Source of the DNA: Wickerhamiella versatilis
Lineage: Eukaryota
Assembly: GCA_030867685.1 (NCBI GenBank)
Contig: JAQOWU010000008.1
Location: 3,534,001 to 3,598,000, forward strand
DNA: 64,000 nucleotides
Direction: 5' to 3'
The position numbers were made by a program, and so were the translations under genes. Under the pieces are notes generated by a model. The model saw nothing but the letters and a program-made list of their open reading frames with translations. It made no database searches and was not told the DNA's origin. Shown here piece after piece: positions 41,886-51,449 of the stretch; position 1 is the stretch's first letter; the number at the start of each line of letters is the position of its first letter.

Positions 41886-42629
41886 TCACCACCAACGGCG
41901 ACGTGCTGAAGACTGCTGAGTTGCCGAAGCCTCTGCTTCTGCCTTAGCCTCTGCGGCTATAGCAGGCTCCACGACATCATATCCCTCTTTTTCGGGAGAA
42001 GCGGAGGCCGAATTGGCACTTTCGCCTGGCTTATCAGCATCACTACGTCTAATTTGTGATAGAATTGAGAATAGGCTGTCGAGAGTCCCCTGCTGGGCTT
42101 CGCTTACCGCCTCCATCAATTTATCACGATTTGCGGACGAAAGTGAGGGAAGGAAGTTTTGATAAGACACAGGACTTCTGAAGCCACCAAGGAGTGTTTC
42201 AACTGCTGTGGTTTCCTTCTGAGCCTGGTCATTAGCTGGTTGTTCCTGACCCTGATACATCCTAACAATCCATCCTATAGAGCTGTCATTCAAAAACGTA
42301 TTCATCCTGCGAAGCAATTGCTCGAACTCATCATCATGCCTAGCGAGCCATGGTGCAACATGCGTTTCGTAAACCTGAATGGCCCCCTGGGTCTGGGGTA
42401 AAACCAACCAAAGCAGGACTCCAAGCCGCAAAAACCCATAGAATGGGATAAAGCGAAGAATTGGGTGTGTGATGTATTCAAGAGAGAGTACCCCCGCAAG
42501 TACAACCCAGTACATCAGCAGCGGCCGAATGAGTGATAGGTCATTGGAGGCTAAAGCATGGTAGGAGGCAAACACTGGTAAGCCTAAAGACACAATTCCG
42601 GAAATAACTGACAATAAGAGGCCAAACAT
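41886..42629 (-). CDS. REEP/DP1/HVA22-family ER-shaping protein, REEP1-4/Yep1/Atg40-type
   Basis: PVFASYHAL, LMYWVV, IPFY..LRL..LLWLVLPQTQGA..VY...V.PWL..H; long disordered C-terminus. Confidence 0.85.
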   Translation of the reverse strand: MFGLLLSVISGIVSLGLPVFASYHALASNDLSLIRPLLMYWVVLAGVLSLEYITHPILRFIPFYGFLRLGVLLWLVLPQTQGAIQVYETHVAPWLARHDDEFEQLLRRMNTFLNDSSIGWIVRMYQGQEQPANDQAQKETTAVETLLGGFRSPVSYQNFLPSLSSANRDKLMEAVSEAQQGTLDSLFSILSQIRRSDADKPGESANSASASPEKEGYDVVEPAIAAEAKAEAEASATQQSSARRRWW

Positions 42630-43194
42630 CGCTCGCAATTGATGGTGGCGGCTACGGTTCGATGTCTGAGGGCAAGGAACAAGTTAGTAATTTATTCCCA
42701 AAGAGAGATAATATTATTATTTGCCTTGAGCTGCGTGAAATTGCCTTGGGATGCGCATGGTGGCCTCTGTCGAAGCAATCTGCGGAAAATATTGGATACT
42801 TCCCACAAGTATCATGTACTATTTCCCTCTATTATCAGCGAATTTCAAATTTGGAAGGCTTTTGTTCTGACCCTAACCTGAATATATATTAGTCTACCGC
42901 GAATTCGGTTGCAATCAATCCTATGGTCCTTCGAGGAGTGGAAAGTCCTTGTGTTCAAAATATTTGTTTTAAGAACTAGCAAGTACTTTTCATCTATTCA
43001 CATAGCTGGGTTTTACGACCCCATTAATGATAAATGATGCGGTTCATAAAAACGTCTTTGCTGTAAAAGGACTAGCCCCTCAACTTTGTCCTTCGCAAAT
43101 TTGCACCAGCGATTTTCTTTGTGGTATGTTATTGCTGAGTGGCTTCGTCAAGTTGTTTTTTCTCCAACTATATTGTCTATTACACGCTTACTAG

Positions 43195-43205
43195 ACGCGA
43201 CGCGT
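43195..43205. promoter_or_regulatory. Overlapping MCB elements (ACGCGACGCGT) upstream of CSM3
   Basis: ACGCGA plus ACGCGT; fork-protection genes are typical MBF targets. Confidence 0.55.
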
Positions 43206-43216
43206 TCTCACTGAAA

Positions 43217-44002
43217 ATGGAAGAAGTCCCTCTGGACGACTATGCGCCTCTTCCCACATCACCTGAAAGAAACATCCCAGATTCTCCGCCTGCCAACCCT
43301 CAAACACAAATGGACAGCAATCTTGGTGTGGATGACCTAGGTGTGGACACTGCCATAGATACCAGGCGTCAAACCCAACCAAGACCGAAGCTTGACGGTG
43401 AACGACTTTTAGGAGACACAGGGCTTCCGGTACTACGCAATTTTGTTGGAAGAGTCCAGTTTAAAGGTAAGGGACATGAGAAACGCGATCTCACAAAACT
43501 ACTTAGTGCGTACCAGATTTGGGGTCATCAACTCTTCCCTAAAGCGAACTTTGAAGACATTCTTGCTATGTGCCGTCGAAAAGGTAATGATCGTGAAGTT
43601 AGAAGTTGGCGACAGACTGCAGTCGAGAATGAAATGTACGGAAAGGGCGACAAGGAGGATCTGCCATCATACCCTGCATCACCTCGTTCACCGGTAGCAG
43701 AGCCTCGCCCAGAGAGGGATTCAAATGTTCCGGCATCATCTGAAGGTATTAAGGCAGCTTCAGAGCCTGATAACTTGGCAAACTTATTCACTAGTGATGA
43801 GCTCGAGGCAGCTCAGGATATACAGGCTAGAACCGGCAAGGATTCAGATGAGACACATTTAACGACCAGGCATGAATCGCGTGAAGATAATCAACATAGT
43901 GAAAGAGATGGGGATGGACATGGAGATGGAAATGAAGATGAAGATGAAGATGAAGATGAGGTTGCTGCAGCAATGGAAATATATAATGATTTAGGTCTCT
44001 AA
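43217..44002 (+). CDS. CSM3: Replication fork protection subunit Csm3/Swi3/Tipin
   Basis: RPKLD.ERLL...GLP.L, KGKGHE..DL.KLL..YQ.W.H.LFPKANF.D. Confidence 0.92.
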   Translation: MEEVPLDDYAPLPTSPERNIPDSPPANPQTQMDSNLGVDDLGVDTAIDTRRQTQPRPKLDGERLLGDTGLPVLRNFVGRVQFKGKGHEKRDLTKLLSAYQIWGHQLFPKANFEDILAMCRRKGNDREVRSWRQTAVENEMYGKGDKEDLPSYPASPRSPVAEPRPERDSNVPASSEGIKAASEPDNLANLFTSDELEAAQDIQARTGKDSDETHLTTRHESREDNQHSERDGDGHGDGNEDEDEDEDEVAAAMEIYNDLGL

Positions 44003-44020
44003 CATTTGAGATTAAAATTA

Positions 44021-45301
44021 TCAAAATCTTATTTGGTTCTCTCGTTGCTCGGCATCATCTATGTATTCGAGCAATTCATCAAGTATTTCACGAGTTTCAC
44101 TTGGGGATGCAACCCATACCGTATTGGCTGCTAAACGCGCTTTGAAGTCATTGGCACCAATTGACGCAAACTGGTCTCCGACGTGAAGTGTGCGGACCGG
44201 TTGTATATTGTTTAAGTAGTGTTGAAGGCTCAGTACTCCATACCGCTTATCGCCAATATCAATCCAAACATCGCTACCACCATTGAAAGCACAAAAGTAT
44301 ACTCTCTGCGATACAGGAAGTGTCTGGAGCACGTGCTGTGCGTTTAGCACAATTTCTTCCAATGCTTCACGGGGGATAGAATTTTTTGCCCTAGGAATTA
44401 TTCCCACCGAACGCTGCTTACGGTAGATAGTGGCACGGGCACTCAAGTTCAATCGTTCCAGCATTTTAAAAAGCAGTTTTTCACCATGATCCAGGACCTC
44501 GACGATATCGGCCTCAGTCCATTCCAACATTTGAGGGATTGCCCACTCCTCCCTGGGAATAAACCGGAGTTGGCCCGTCTCACCATCCAAGCGGAAAAGA
44601 TAGTTGCATTCCCCTCCCATAATTAGTAGATTCGACCTTAATTCAGGGGTGAGAAATGGGCAATTCATAATACCTTCAAGTAACCCACTAAGTCTTTCGG
44701 CATACATTTTACCGCTGGGATCAGGATAGCCTGCCGCAGTCACAACCCCCACATATATATGTTTACGGAGTAGTCCAAGCAGGCGTGCAACAATCTCGTC
44801 GCCAGGTAAAAGGCTTTCTCCATCATTATAGAGTGTTACATCACCATCAAATGTTATCAGCTGAGCTTTGTCCGCTCCCCCAGAAAGAGCCATTGCCTGC
44901 GCCGTGTTCAATATCATTCGAATGTCATTAAAAGATGGTGCGACCATTCTACGATTAGATATGGCCCGTTTCTCATCCTGGACGTAGAAGGCTCTTTCGA
45001 GGGGTAGGGGTGTAAAAAAGGCCCCAATTGAGGGGACCATCTGCTTCAGCCGGCTTGATCCAACACCACTTACCTGTTGATCGTATAACTGTTCTAGAAC
45101 TAGGTCCTCAACATCAGAGAATATCTCTGCGTATTTACGTCGTGCATCTGCTGCATACTTGGATTCATCGCCAATTTTGAAGAAATTGTTAGATCCAGCA
45201 TGTAATACAAACGGTGTCGCGGTTAATCCCTTTATCCATTCAATGAATGAGTCCCTGCGGTGACTTTTGAGTGCATATTCAACGCGATATCTTGTGGTCA
45301 T
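44021..45301 (-). CDS. ISN1: IMP-specific 5'-nucleotidase
   Basis: MTTRYRVEYALKSHRRD, HAD motif TFDGDVTLY, VVTAAGY, FNGGSDVW.DIGDK, HVGDQF. Confidence 0.97.
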   Translation of the reverse strand: MTTRYRVEYALKSHRRDSFIEWIKGLTATPFVLHAGSNNFFKIGDESKYAADARRKYAEIFSDVEDLVLEQLYDQQVSGVGSSRLKQMVPSIGAFFTPLPLERAFYVQDEKRAISNRRMVAPSFNDIRMILNTAQAMALSGGADKAQLITFDGDVTLYNDGESLLPGDEIVARLLGLLRKHIYVGVVTAAGYPDPSGKMYAERLSGLLEGIMNCPFLTPELRSNLLIMGGECNYLFRLDGETGQLRFIPREEWAIPQMLEWTEADIVEVLDHGEKLLFKMLERLNLSARATIYRKQRSVGIIPRAKNSIPREALEEIVLNAQHVLQTLPVSQRVYFCAFNGGSDVWIDIGDKRYGVLSLQHYLNNIQPVRTLHVGDQFASIGANDFKARLAANTVWVASPSETREILDELLEYIDDAEQRENQIRF

Positions 45302-45391
45302 ACCCAATCCCCCAGGGAGTACGTGTGCTGTTACTAAAGCTCCCTCGAACCTTGACTCAACTACGCCTATAGGAAATATTTATAGCTTTAA

Positions 45392-45973
45392 TTAATCTTT
45401 GATGAACTGCTTAGCCAGATCTCCCAGCTCCTCAACCGTCTGAGATAGAGGACGTCGGTATACAAGCTCCCAGAAACCCTGGCGTGGGTGCTCCTCAGAA
45501 AGCTCCTGCTTTTCGCTAGTAACTCTAAGAACAGATTCTTTGTGCCCTCTATCGAATCCCCAGTCGAATGCAGAACATACAAAGCCAAGCAAAAGAGCTC
45601 CGCCAAGAGACTTGGCCACCGGGCGCTTCTTCAAGGTAGCGCCGGCAATAGCTCCTGCAAGTGCACCGCCGACACCTGCATTTACGGCGCTCTCCTCCTC
45701 CCTCAGGTTGGCTGATACACTTTGTCCAAATGCGTATGCTGCACCAACTGCTCCGAGTAAAGGTATTGGTGTCAACTTACCAGCAAACCCTTTGAAAACA
45801 GTTCGGGATGGGGAGAGCGAATGTCTAACTAGGACAACGTTCAAACCAAAGAGTGATCCCACAAGGGCAGACTTTGCAGTATCAGCAAGAGTGTCATGCT
45901 TTGAAAATTTTGGCAGTACTCGGCCATCCGGGGATCCCAAAGATGGATATACTGTGTTAGCACCCATGGCCAA
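45392..45973 (-). CDS. Tim17-family protein resembling complex I accessory subunit NDUFA11/B14.7
   Basis: Gly-rich TM helices, SANLREE.S..N...GG..AG, C-terminal RRPLSQTVEELG. Confidence 0.7.
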   Translation of the reverse strand: MAMGANTVYPSLGSPDGRVLPKFSKHDTLADTAKSALVGSLFGLNVVLVRHSLSPSRTVFKGFAGKLTPIPLLGAVGAAYAFGQSVSANLREEESAVNAGVGGALAGAIAGATLKKRPVAKSLGGALLLGFVCSAFDWGFDRGHKESVLRVTSEKQELSEEHPRQGFWELVYRRPLSQTVEELGDLAKQFIKD

Positions 45974-46307
45974 TCGAATGCTGATATTAATAATTCGCTG
46001 CCCTCCGAGAGGCCTAATATTCTACAGAACTCATATGCCGTGGTAATAAGCTATAAAAGTTAGGTTGAATAATTTATATCATCGAAAATGTATCTATTAG
46101 CAGAATTATGCCACGGAATGCTGCTCGGTGTGTTTTGGCCAACCATTGTATAAAAATCTATAAGCGGCCCGTGGATCCAGAGCCTTTCTTATTTTTTTTT
46201 ACACGTTCTACTAATTTATTTGTCTATGAGTATATTGGCCTTCACAGCAGAGGCGGTTGTCTTTAACGCACAGATTCCCATCATCACTGATTACAACTCT
46301 GGCTGAC

Positions 46308-47978
46308 ATGCGGTTGCATTTCGGCGAATGTTTGGTGCAATTCCTAGCCGTTTCGTACTCTCTTCCAGTGTCTGAACGGAGCGATCAGCAGAGATTGATG
46401 CAACAACCGGGGGCGTATCCTCCAGAAGATGCAGAGCTTCGCGAATTACCATGGAGTCACATCAATGTAATCCACACAACGGATACCCACGGTTGGTTGG
46501 CTGGACACCTCCTTGAACCTCAATTCAGTGCAGATTGGGGTGATCTTATCTCATTTGTTGAACACACTCGAGAGGATGCTGATTTTTACCGTGACTCTGA
46601 TGTCTTCGTGGTTGACACGGGTGACCGCCGTGACGGCAATGGACTCAGTGAGGCTACGAAAGAGCAAGGTGAGGCATCATTGCCCATTTTTGCTGAATTG
46701 GACTATGACCTCGTGACGGTGGGCAATCATGAATTATACAAAGGTAGTTCCGCTATTCAAGAGCGCGATCTGTTGTATGAACATTTTGGAGAAAAGTATG
46801 TTGCTTCCAACGTAGACATATTAATAAATGGGAATTGGACTCCAATGGGACACCGATTCCGCATCTTCAATTCTCGAAACTTGGGGCTAAAGGTGCTTGG
46901 ACTTGGGTTCTTATTCGACTTCGGTGGTAATGACCCTGCCACCACAAAGGTCTTGCATGTTGAGGAAACCGTCAAATCAGACTGGTTTCAGTACCTATTA
47001 CACGAAGTTCTCCCAAACATTGAGTATGTTTTGTTGATAGGTCACTTACCAGTACGTGATTGTCCTGAGCTAACAGCAGTGTGGCGGGAACTGCGGAAGG
47101 CCAATCCAGAGGTCCCAATCCATATGTTTGGGGGGCATACCCATATCAGGGACTACAAAGAATATGACAGCCAGGCGTTTGCTCTAGAATCTGGTAGATT
47201 TTGTGAATCTGTGGGCTTTGCAAGCTACAACCTCTCAAGTGGTGAGTTCGGGCGGGCATACATTGATTTCAACAAGAATAACTTTGCTCGCCACCTAGGA
47301 CTGGAACCCTCAGATCTTCTGACAGACCATGGCAAGAACGTCAGTCGTAGAATAGCCGATATTCGGGCAAGTCTCGAGCTGGACGAATGGGTGGCCCATG
47401 TACCTCAGACTTACTACATGGACCGTGCGCCTTTCCCGTCCTCGCATTCTATCTTTTCTCTATTGCAGGAATCTATATTGCCATTGCTGGGTGGAAAATC
47501 CGCTGGGAGGCCGCGCTTTATCCTGATGAATACTGGTGCCGTACGCTTCGACATGTTTGAAGGGGCATTCACCAAGGACTCCGGCTATATAGTTGCACCG
47601 TTTCGCAACAAGTGGCTTTACATTCCTCAATTACCGCGGCACATAGCTGAACAAGTTTTACCTATTATCAACAATCAGGACCGGGTTCTCGCTGCACGTG
47701 CCAGGGGTCCCACCTCAGGATATGGCACTATTGATGATCTCGGGAACGATGGAGACGACACGATTCACAAGCCATGGAAATTCTATCCTATGCCTAATGC
47801 ATTTCAAACTAAGGAGGACTCAGGTCATGACGCGGTAGATGTCGTATTTGATTCGTTTATGGGGTCATTTGTATCTAAAGCTCTGAACCAAATAGGTGCA
47901 GGCCATCTTTTTGCGCCAAAGGAGCATGGTGGAGAGTCTGTTATTGACCTCATTCCAACCTACCTCAACAGCCTGTAG
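46308..47978 (+). CDS. Secreted/vacuolar calcineurin-like 5'-nucleotidase (YHR202W/Smn1-like)
   Basis: Signal-peptide-like start; HTTDTHGW, VDTGDRRDG.GLS, GNHELY, GGHTH.RD, ESGRFCE, NTGA.RFD. Confidence 0.88.
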   Translation: MRLHFGECLVQFLAVSYSLPVSERSDQQRLMQQPGAYPPEDAELRELPWSHINVIHTTDTHGWLAGHLLEPQFSADWGDLISFVEHTREDADFYRDSDVFVVDTGDRRDGNGLSEATKEQGEASLPIFAELDYDLVTVGNHELYKGSSAIQERDLLYEHFGEKYVASNVDILINGNWTPMGHRFRIFNSRNLGLKVLGLGFLFDFGGNDPATTKVLHVEETVKSDWFQYLLHEVLPNIEYVLLIGHLPVRDCPELTAVWRELRKANPEVPIHMFGGHTHIRDYKEYDSQAFALESGRFCESVGFASYNLSSGEFGRAYIDFNKNNFARHLGLEPSDLLTDHGKNVSRRIADIRASLELDEWVAHVPQTYYMDRAPFPSSHSIFSLLQESILPLLGGKSAGRPRFILMNTGAVRFDMFEGAFTKDSGYIVAPFRNKWLYIPQLPRHIAEQVLPIINNQDRVLAARARGPTSGYGTIDDLGNDGDDTIHKPWKFYPMPNAFQTKEDSGHDAVDVVFDSFMGSFVSKALNQIGAGHLFAPKEHGGESVIDLIPTYLNSL

Positions 47979-48043
47979 TAATGCACTGTACCATGGCGTG
48001 CTGTGCTGATACTTCACTAGTCTATGTATGTAACCAGTTTAAT

Positions 48044-48301
48044 CTATTTCTTCTCACCTTGGTGGATGAAGTTCTCAGCCGCTTTACCCGCGCCAGACTG
48101 CATGAACTCCTTGCCTTTCTCAGACTCGAGGATCTTCTTGCCTTGATCACTGTTCTCAAAGTTGCGGGCGGTCTCCTTGATCTGGTCGACGTTGATACCA
48201 GAGCCAGAGCCAGAGCCGCTGCCGCTGCCGGAAGCACCAGCAGAACCGCCAGAGCCCTGATACTGATTAATACCTTGCTTGATCGTATCCTCCAATCCCA
48301 T
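48044..48301 (-). CDS. Small Gly/Ser-rich hydrophilic protein (85 aa), hydrophilin-like
   Basis: Codon usage rich in C/G-ending codons like RPS4; acaataATG context; TATAAA about 50 bp upstream. Confidence 0.7.
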   Translation of the reverse strand: MGLEDTIKQGINQYQGSGGSAGASGSGSGSGSGSGINVDQIKETARNFENSDQGKKILESEKGKEFMQSGAGKAAENFIHQGEKK

Positions 48302-49153
48302 TATTGTGATGAACTGTAGATGGGAGAGACGCGCACGCGCGATCATGCATTTATACTGTATCAGGTAGGGGTTACAATGTGTAATCACTTGCATAACGTT
48401 AAACAGGTTTGCGGTGATGCAACGAATCGCGTCAGATAAGGATAAAAGTTGACTGTGGTAAATCCGATCTTAAAAACGGGATTTTTTGTTCCTTGAAGGG
48501 ATTGCAATCATATCTGAGACATGTGGCAGTACATGCCGCATATCACCAACTCCCCACAAATTCCCTTAAGCAAACCTTAGTAACTGTGAGACTGGTTTGT
48601 CTCAGCAGGCTATATTCGCTAAGTTTAATTCAGTTTGATCAATTACTCTAGAGCTTTTAGGGATCTGATAGTCACACTGTGAATCTATGACATCAATATG
48701 ATAGCTGGTTCTACTGTACTCTATGGATAGGTTGGCCCAACTAGTTATTTTACTATGCCAGGGGTTTATATTTTGCAATATTTAGGATTCATTTTTAAAA
48801 AAAAATATTACATTACCTACAGAAACCATGTGCGTCGTCACAATAATTCTAGTAATCTCAGCTGAGTATGAATGTTAATTTGCTGTTGTATATAAGTAAC
48901 ACAATCCTCACCTCAGGATTGAGAAGGAAATGCGAAAACCATCAAGATCCTTTAAAAAATTTAAAGCCACTATATCATAGTGTATATACTGGCACACCTC
49001 GCCCTACAAAAACAAATTCCTCCGGCCCGTAACGTTCTTGAGTCACCAGCCTCTTCTTCAGCCTTAGCACACATATCAGCACTTACGACTCAGAAATTTT
49101 TTTAGGAGGGGCTTGTTGATTATACCCTTTATATAAAAGTTGTTTTAAACCAT

Positions 49154-49942
49154 TTAAGCAGCAGCTGCCAAGGCACGACGTCTGTCACGCTCCTCAGAAA
49201 CAGTGAGCTTGATACCCTTGCCCTTGGGCAGCGAGATGAGCGGAGTGTTGCCCTGGCCAATGATGAAAACGTTCGACAGACGGGTGACGAACGTGTTGTC
49301 AAGAGCGTCCTTGACATGCACGATATCAAAGCCACCTGGGTGGTGCTCACGGTGAGCAATCACACCAACACGTCCAAGCGAACGTCCACCGGTAACCATG
49401 ACAAGGTTGCCAGTCTCGAACTTGATGAAAGACTCAATCTTGCCAGTGGCAATGTTGATCTTTACAGTGTCGTTGACCTTGATCTCAGGATCAGGGTAGC
49501 GGATGGTACGGCCATCGTGCGTAACAAGGTAAGGAATGCCCTTCTTGCCAAGCTCCACCCGGCGAACGCGGCCAAGCTTGTATTGAGCCTCCTCATCAGT
49601 GATACGGTGGATGGCGAAACGGCCCTTGACGTCGTAGACAAGACGGAAGTTCTCGCCGGTCTTGGGGAGCGAGATGACATCCATGAAACCAGCAGGGAAA
49701 GTCTGGTCAGTGCGGACTCTGCCGTCAACCTGAACAAGACGCTGCATCAGGATTGCAGTAACCTCACGTCCGGTAAGCGCGTACTTCAAACGGTTACGGA
49801 GGAAGACAATCAATGGAAGGGACTCCCGCAACTTGTGGGGGCCGGACGACGAACGCGGAGCGTACGTGCCGGTAAGCTTGTCCAACATCCAGTGATTGGG
49901 TGCGGCGACCCTCTTCATGTGCTTCTTAGGACCCCTAGCCAT
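49154..49942 (-). CDS. RPS4: 40S ribosomal protein eS4
   Basis: [34 protein letters not shown]; strong codon bias. Confidence 0.99.
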   Translation of the reverse strand: MARGPKKHMKRVAAPNHWMLDKLTGTYAPRSSSGPHKLRESLPLIVFLRNRLKYALTGREVTAILMQRLVQVDGRVRTDQTFPAGFMDVISLPKTGENFRLVYDVKGRFAIHRITDEEAQYKLGRVRRVELGKKGIPYLVTHDGRTIRYPDPEIKVNDTVKINIATGKIESFIKFETGNLVMVTGGRSLGRVGVIAHREHHPGGFDIVHVKDALDNTFVTRLSNVFIIGQGNTPLISLPKGKGIKLTVSEERDRRRALAAAA

Positions 49943-51449
49943 CTTCGAAGTGGTCTCTGGTTAGTCGCTATGAGAGTCAATACTAGTTGAATGGCTCTCT
50001 GAGAAAAGTAGCCCCGAGCCCTATAATATTAGTCATTACTCATTTTACCATTACAGATAGGTTTGCTCATTACTTAATGGATAATGGATACTAAGGCGCA
50101 CTAGTGCAGGTGTGCACCATATCCGTGAAATGATCAAGCAAACAGCAGCGGTCACCCTTCTGAGAACGTCCTTACTTCCAGTGAATCTGCCGCATTACTA
50201 GGTGGTTCATGATTATTCATAGCTTCCCAATGATGCCTAAGAAAACTTGGCGAGCGAACGTTGTCATGTGATAGAGCTGACTAATACGACCAGGGCCATG
50301 GCCTGTAAATGGGGCACACCACCGGGTGACCTGGTCACATCTAAGATCCTGGTATTGGCGTGAGCCCAGCAGGCAGATCAGTACCTGTGATATGTATTAT
50401 TGTTGCCAGATTTCTCGTGTCCACATGGCACGGAGATATCCTTGGTGAAGGTCCTACATTAGTTATTTCCCATCGTCAGATAAGTTCTGGTTGTCCATAC
50501 GCCAAAAAAGAGATTAATTCGATCCGCGGACTATCCTGATAGACAACTATGATATAAGCAGATATGAGATAACCTTAAACGCAATTGACTGGCGTCGTAT
50601 GGCGGAATGACATAAGGTGGGCCTGGAGTTATGTGCATGATAATGAAGATCAACTTAACGGCATTGTAATATGGAATGATAAGATGAATCCTTGAAGTGA
50701 TTTTTTTTTCTAATTTTAAAGGTTGAATTACCCCGGATATGCGAGGTCGCGCATCCGTGTTGCCCTCATTAGGTCGAGCATTCCAGCTGTTGCTGCATAA
50801 TTTAAAAGCGCGATTATTGAGGGTATGGAGAAAGGATAATAGCCGCGGTATTACACAAATAATATTTGATATGACAAAAAAATTATGGTATTAACATGCT
50901 GTGATCGGAATTTAATGAGTACCGGATCCCGTTTTATTGGTCAAGAACTTCATTGAAGAGGTTAAATAACTCCGGTGTCAGAAAGCAGTTGCTATTATGA
51001 TAGTCCAATGGCTTGCGATGTTATTGAAACCAAGATATTTTGATTAATATATGACTCAAAAATCCAAGGAACCGGAAATTGGCCAGGTTGCTCACGAGCT
51101 GTTGGCCATATGTCAAAAAGAAGGTTCTATAAAGGGCAAGGGTACCGTGAAACCTACATTGCAACATAAATTCTTTGAAAGATAACGAAATGATAGAGAC
51201 ATCAAATACCAGAAATTCAGCCTAAATTGGATAAATACGACCCCATATTAGGTCAAAATCCTATACCAAATCAACATTTCTGAGAAAACACTGTTAAGCG
51301 CAGGCCGATGCATATGTGCTTACATTAACATGTGTCCAGGACACAAACCCTGGTTTGTAAGGGCCAAATGGCTAAACCTCTGGTTAAACTGACACTTTGT
51401 TATTGCATATTTCGTTAAGATCGATCGCCGATTTGGCTGAGATGTTGCG

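Noticed and set aside
49316..49990. Long antisense ORFs opposite RPS4, homocitrate synthase (13990-14517), MOT1 (15429-16157) and others
   Set aside because: Shadow ORFs expected from codon bias on the sense strand; no recognisable domains
50100..50400. GGGTG and CTGAGA words suggesting a TPP riboswitch; TGATG..CTGA suggesting a C/D snoRNA
   Set aside because: Motif order and the remaining TPP core are absent; the C box is imperfect and I recognise no rRNA guide
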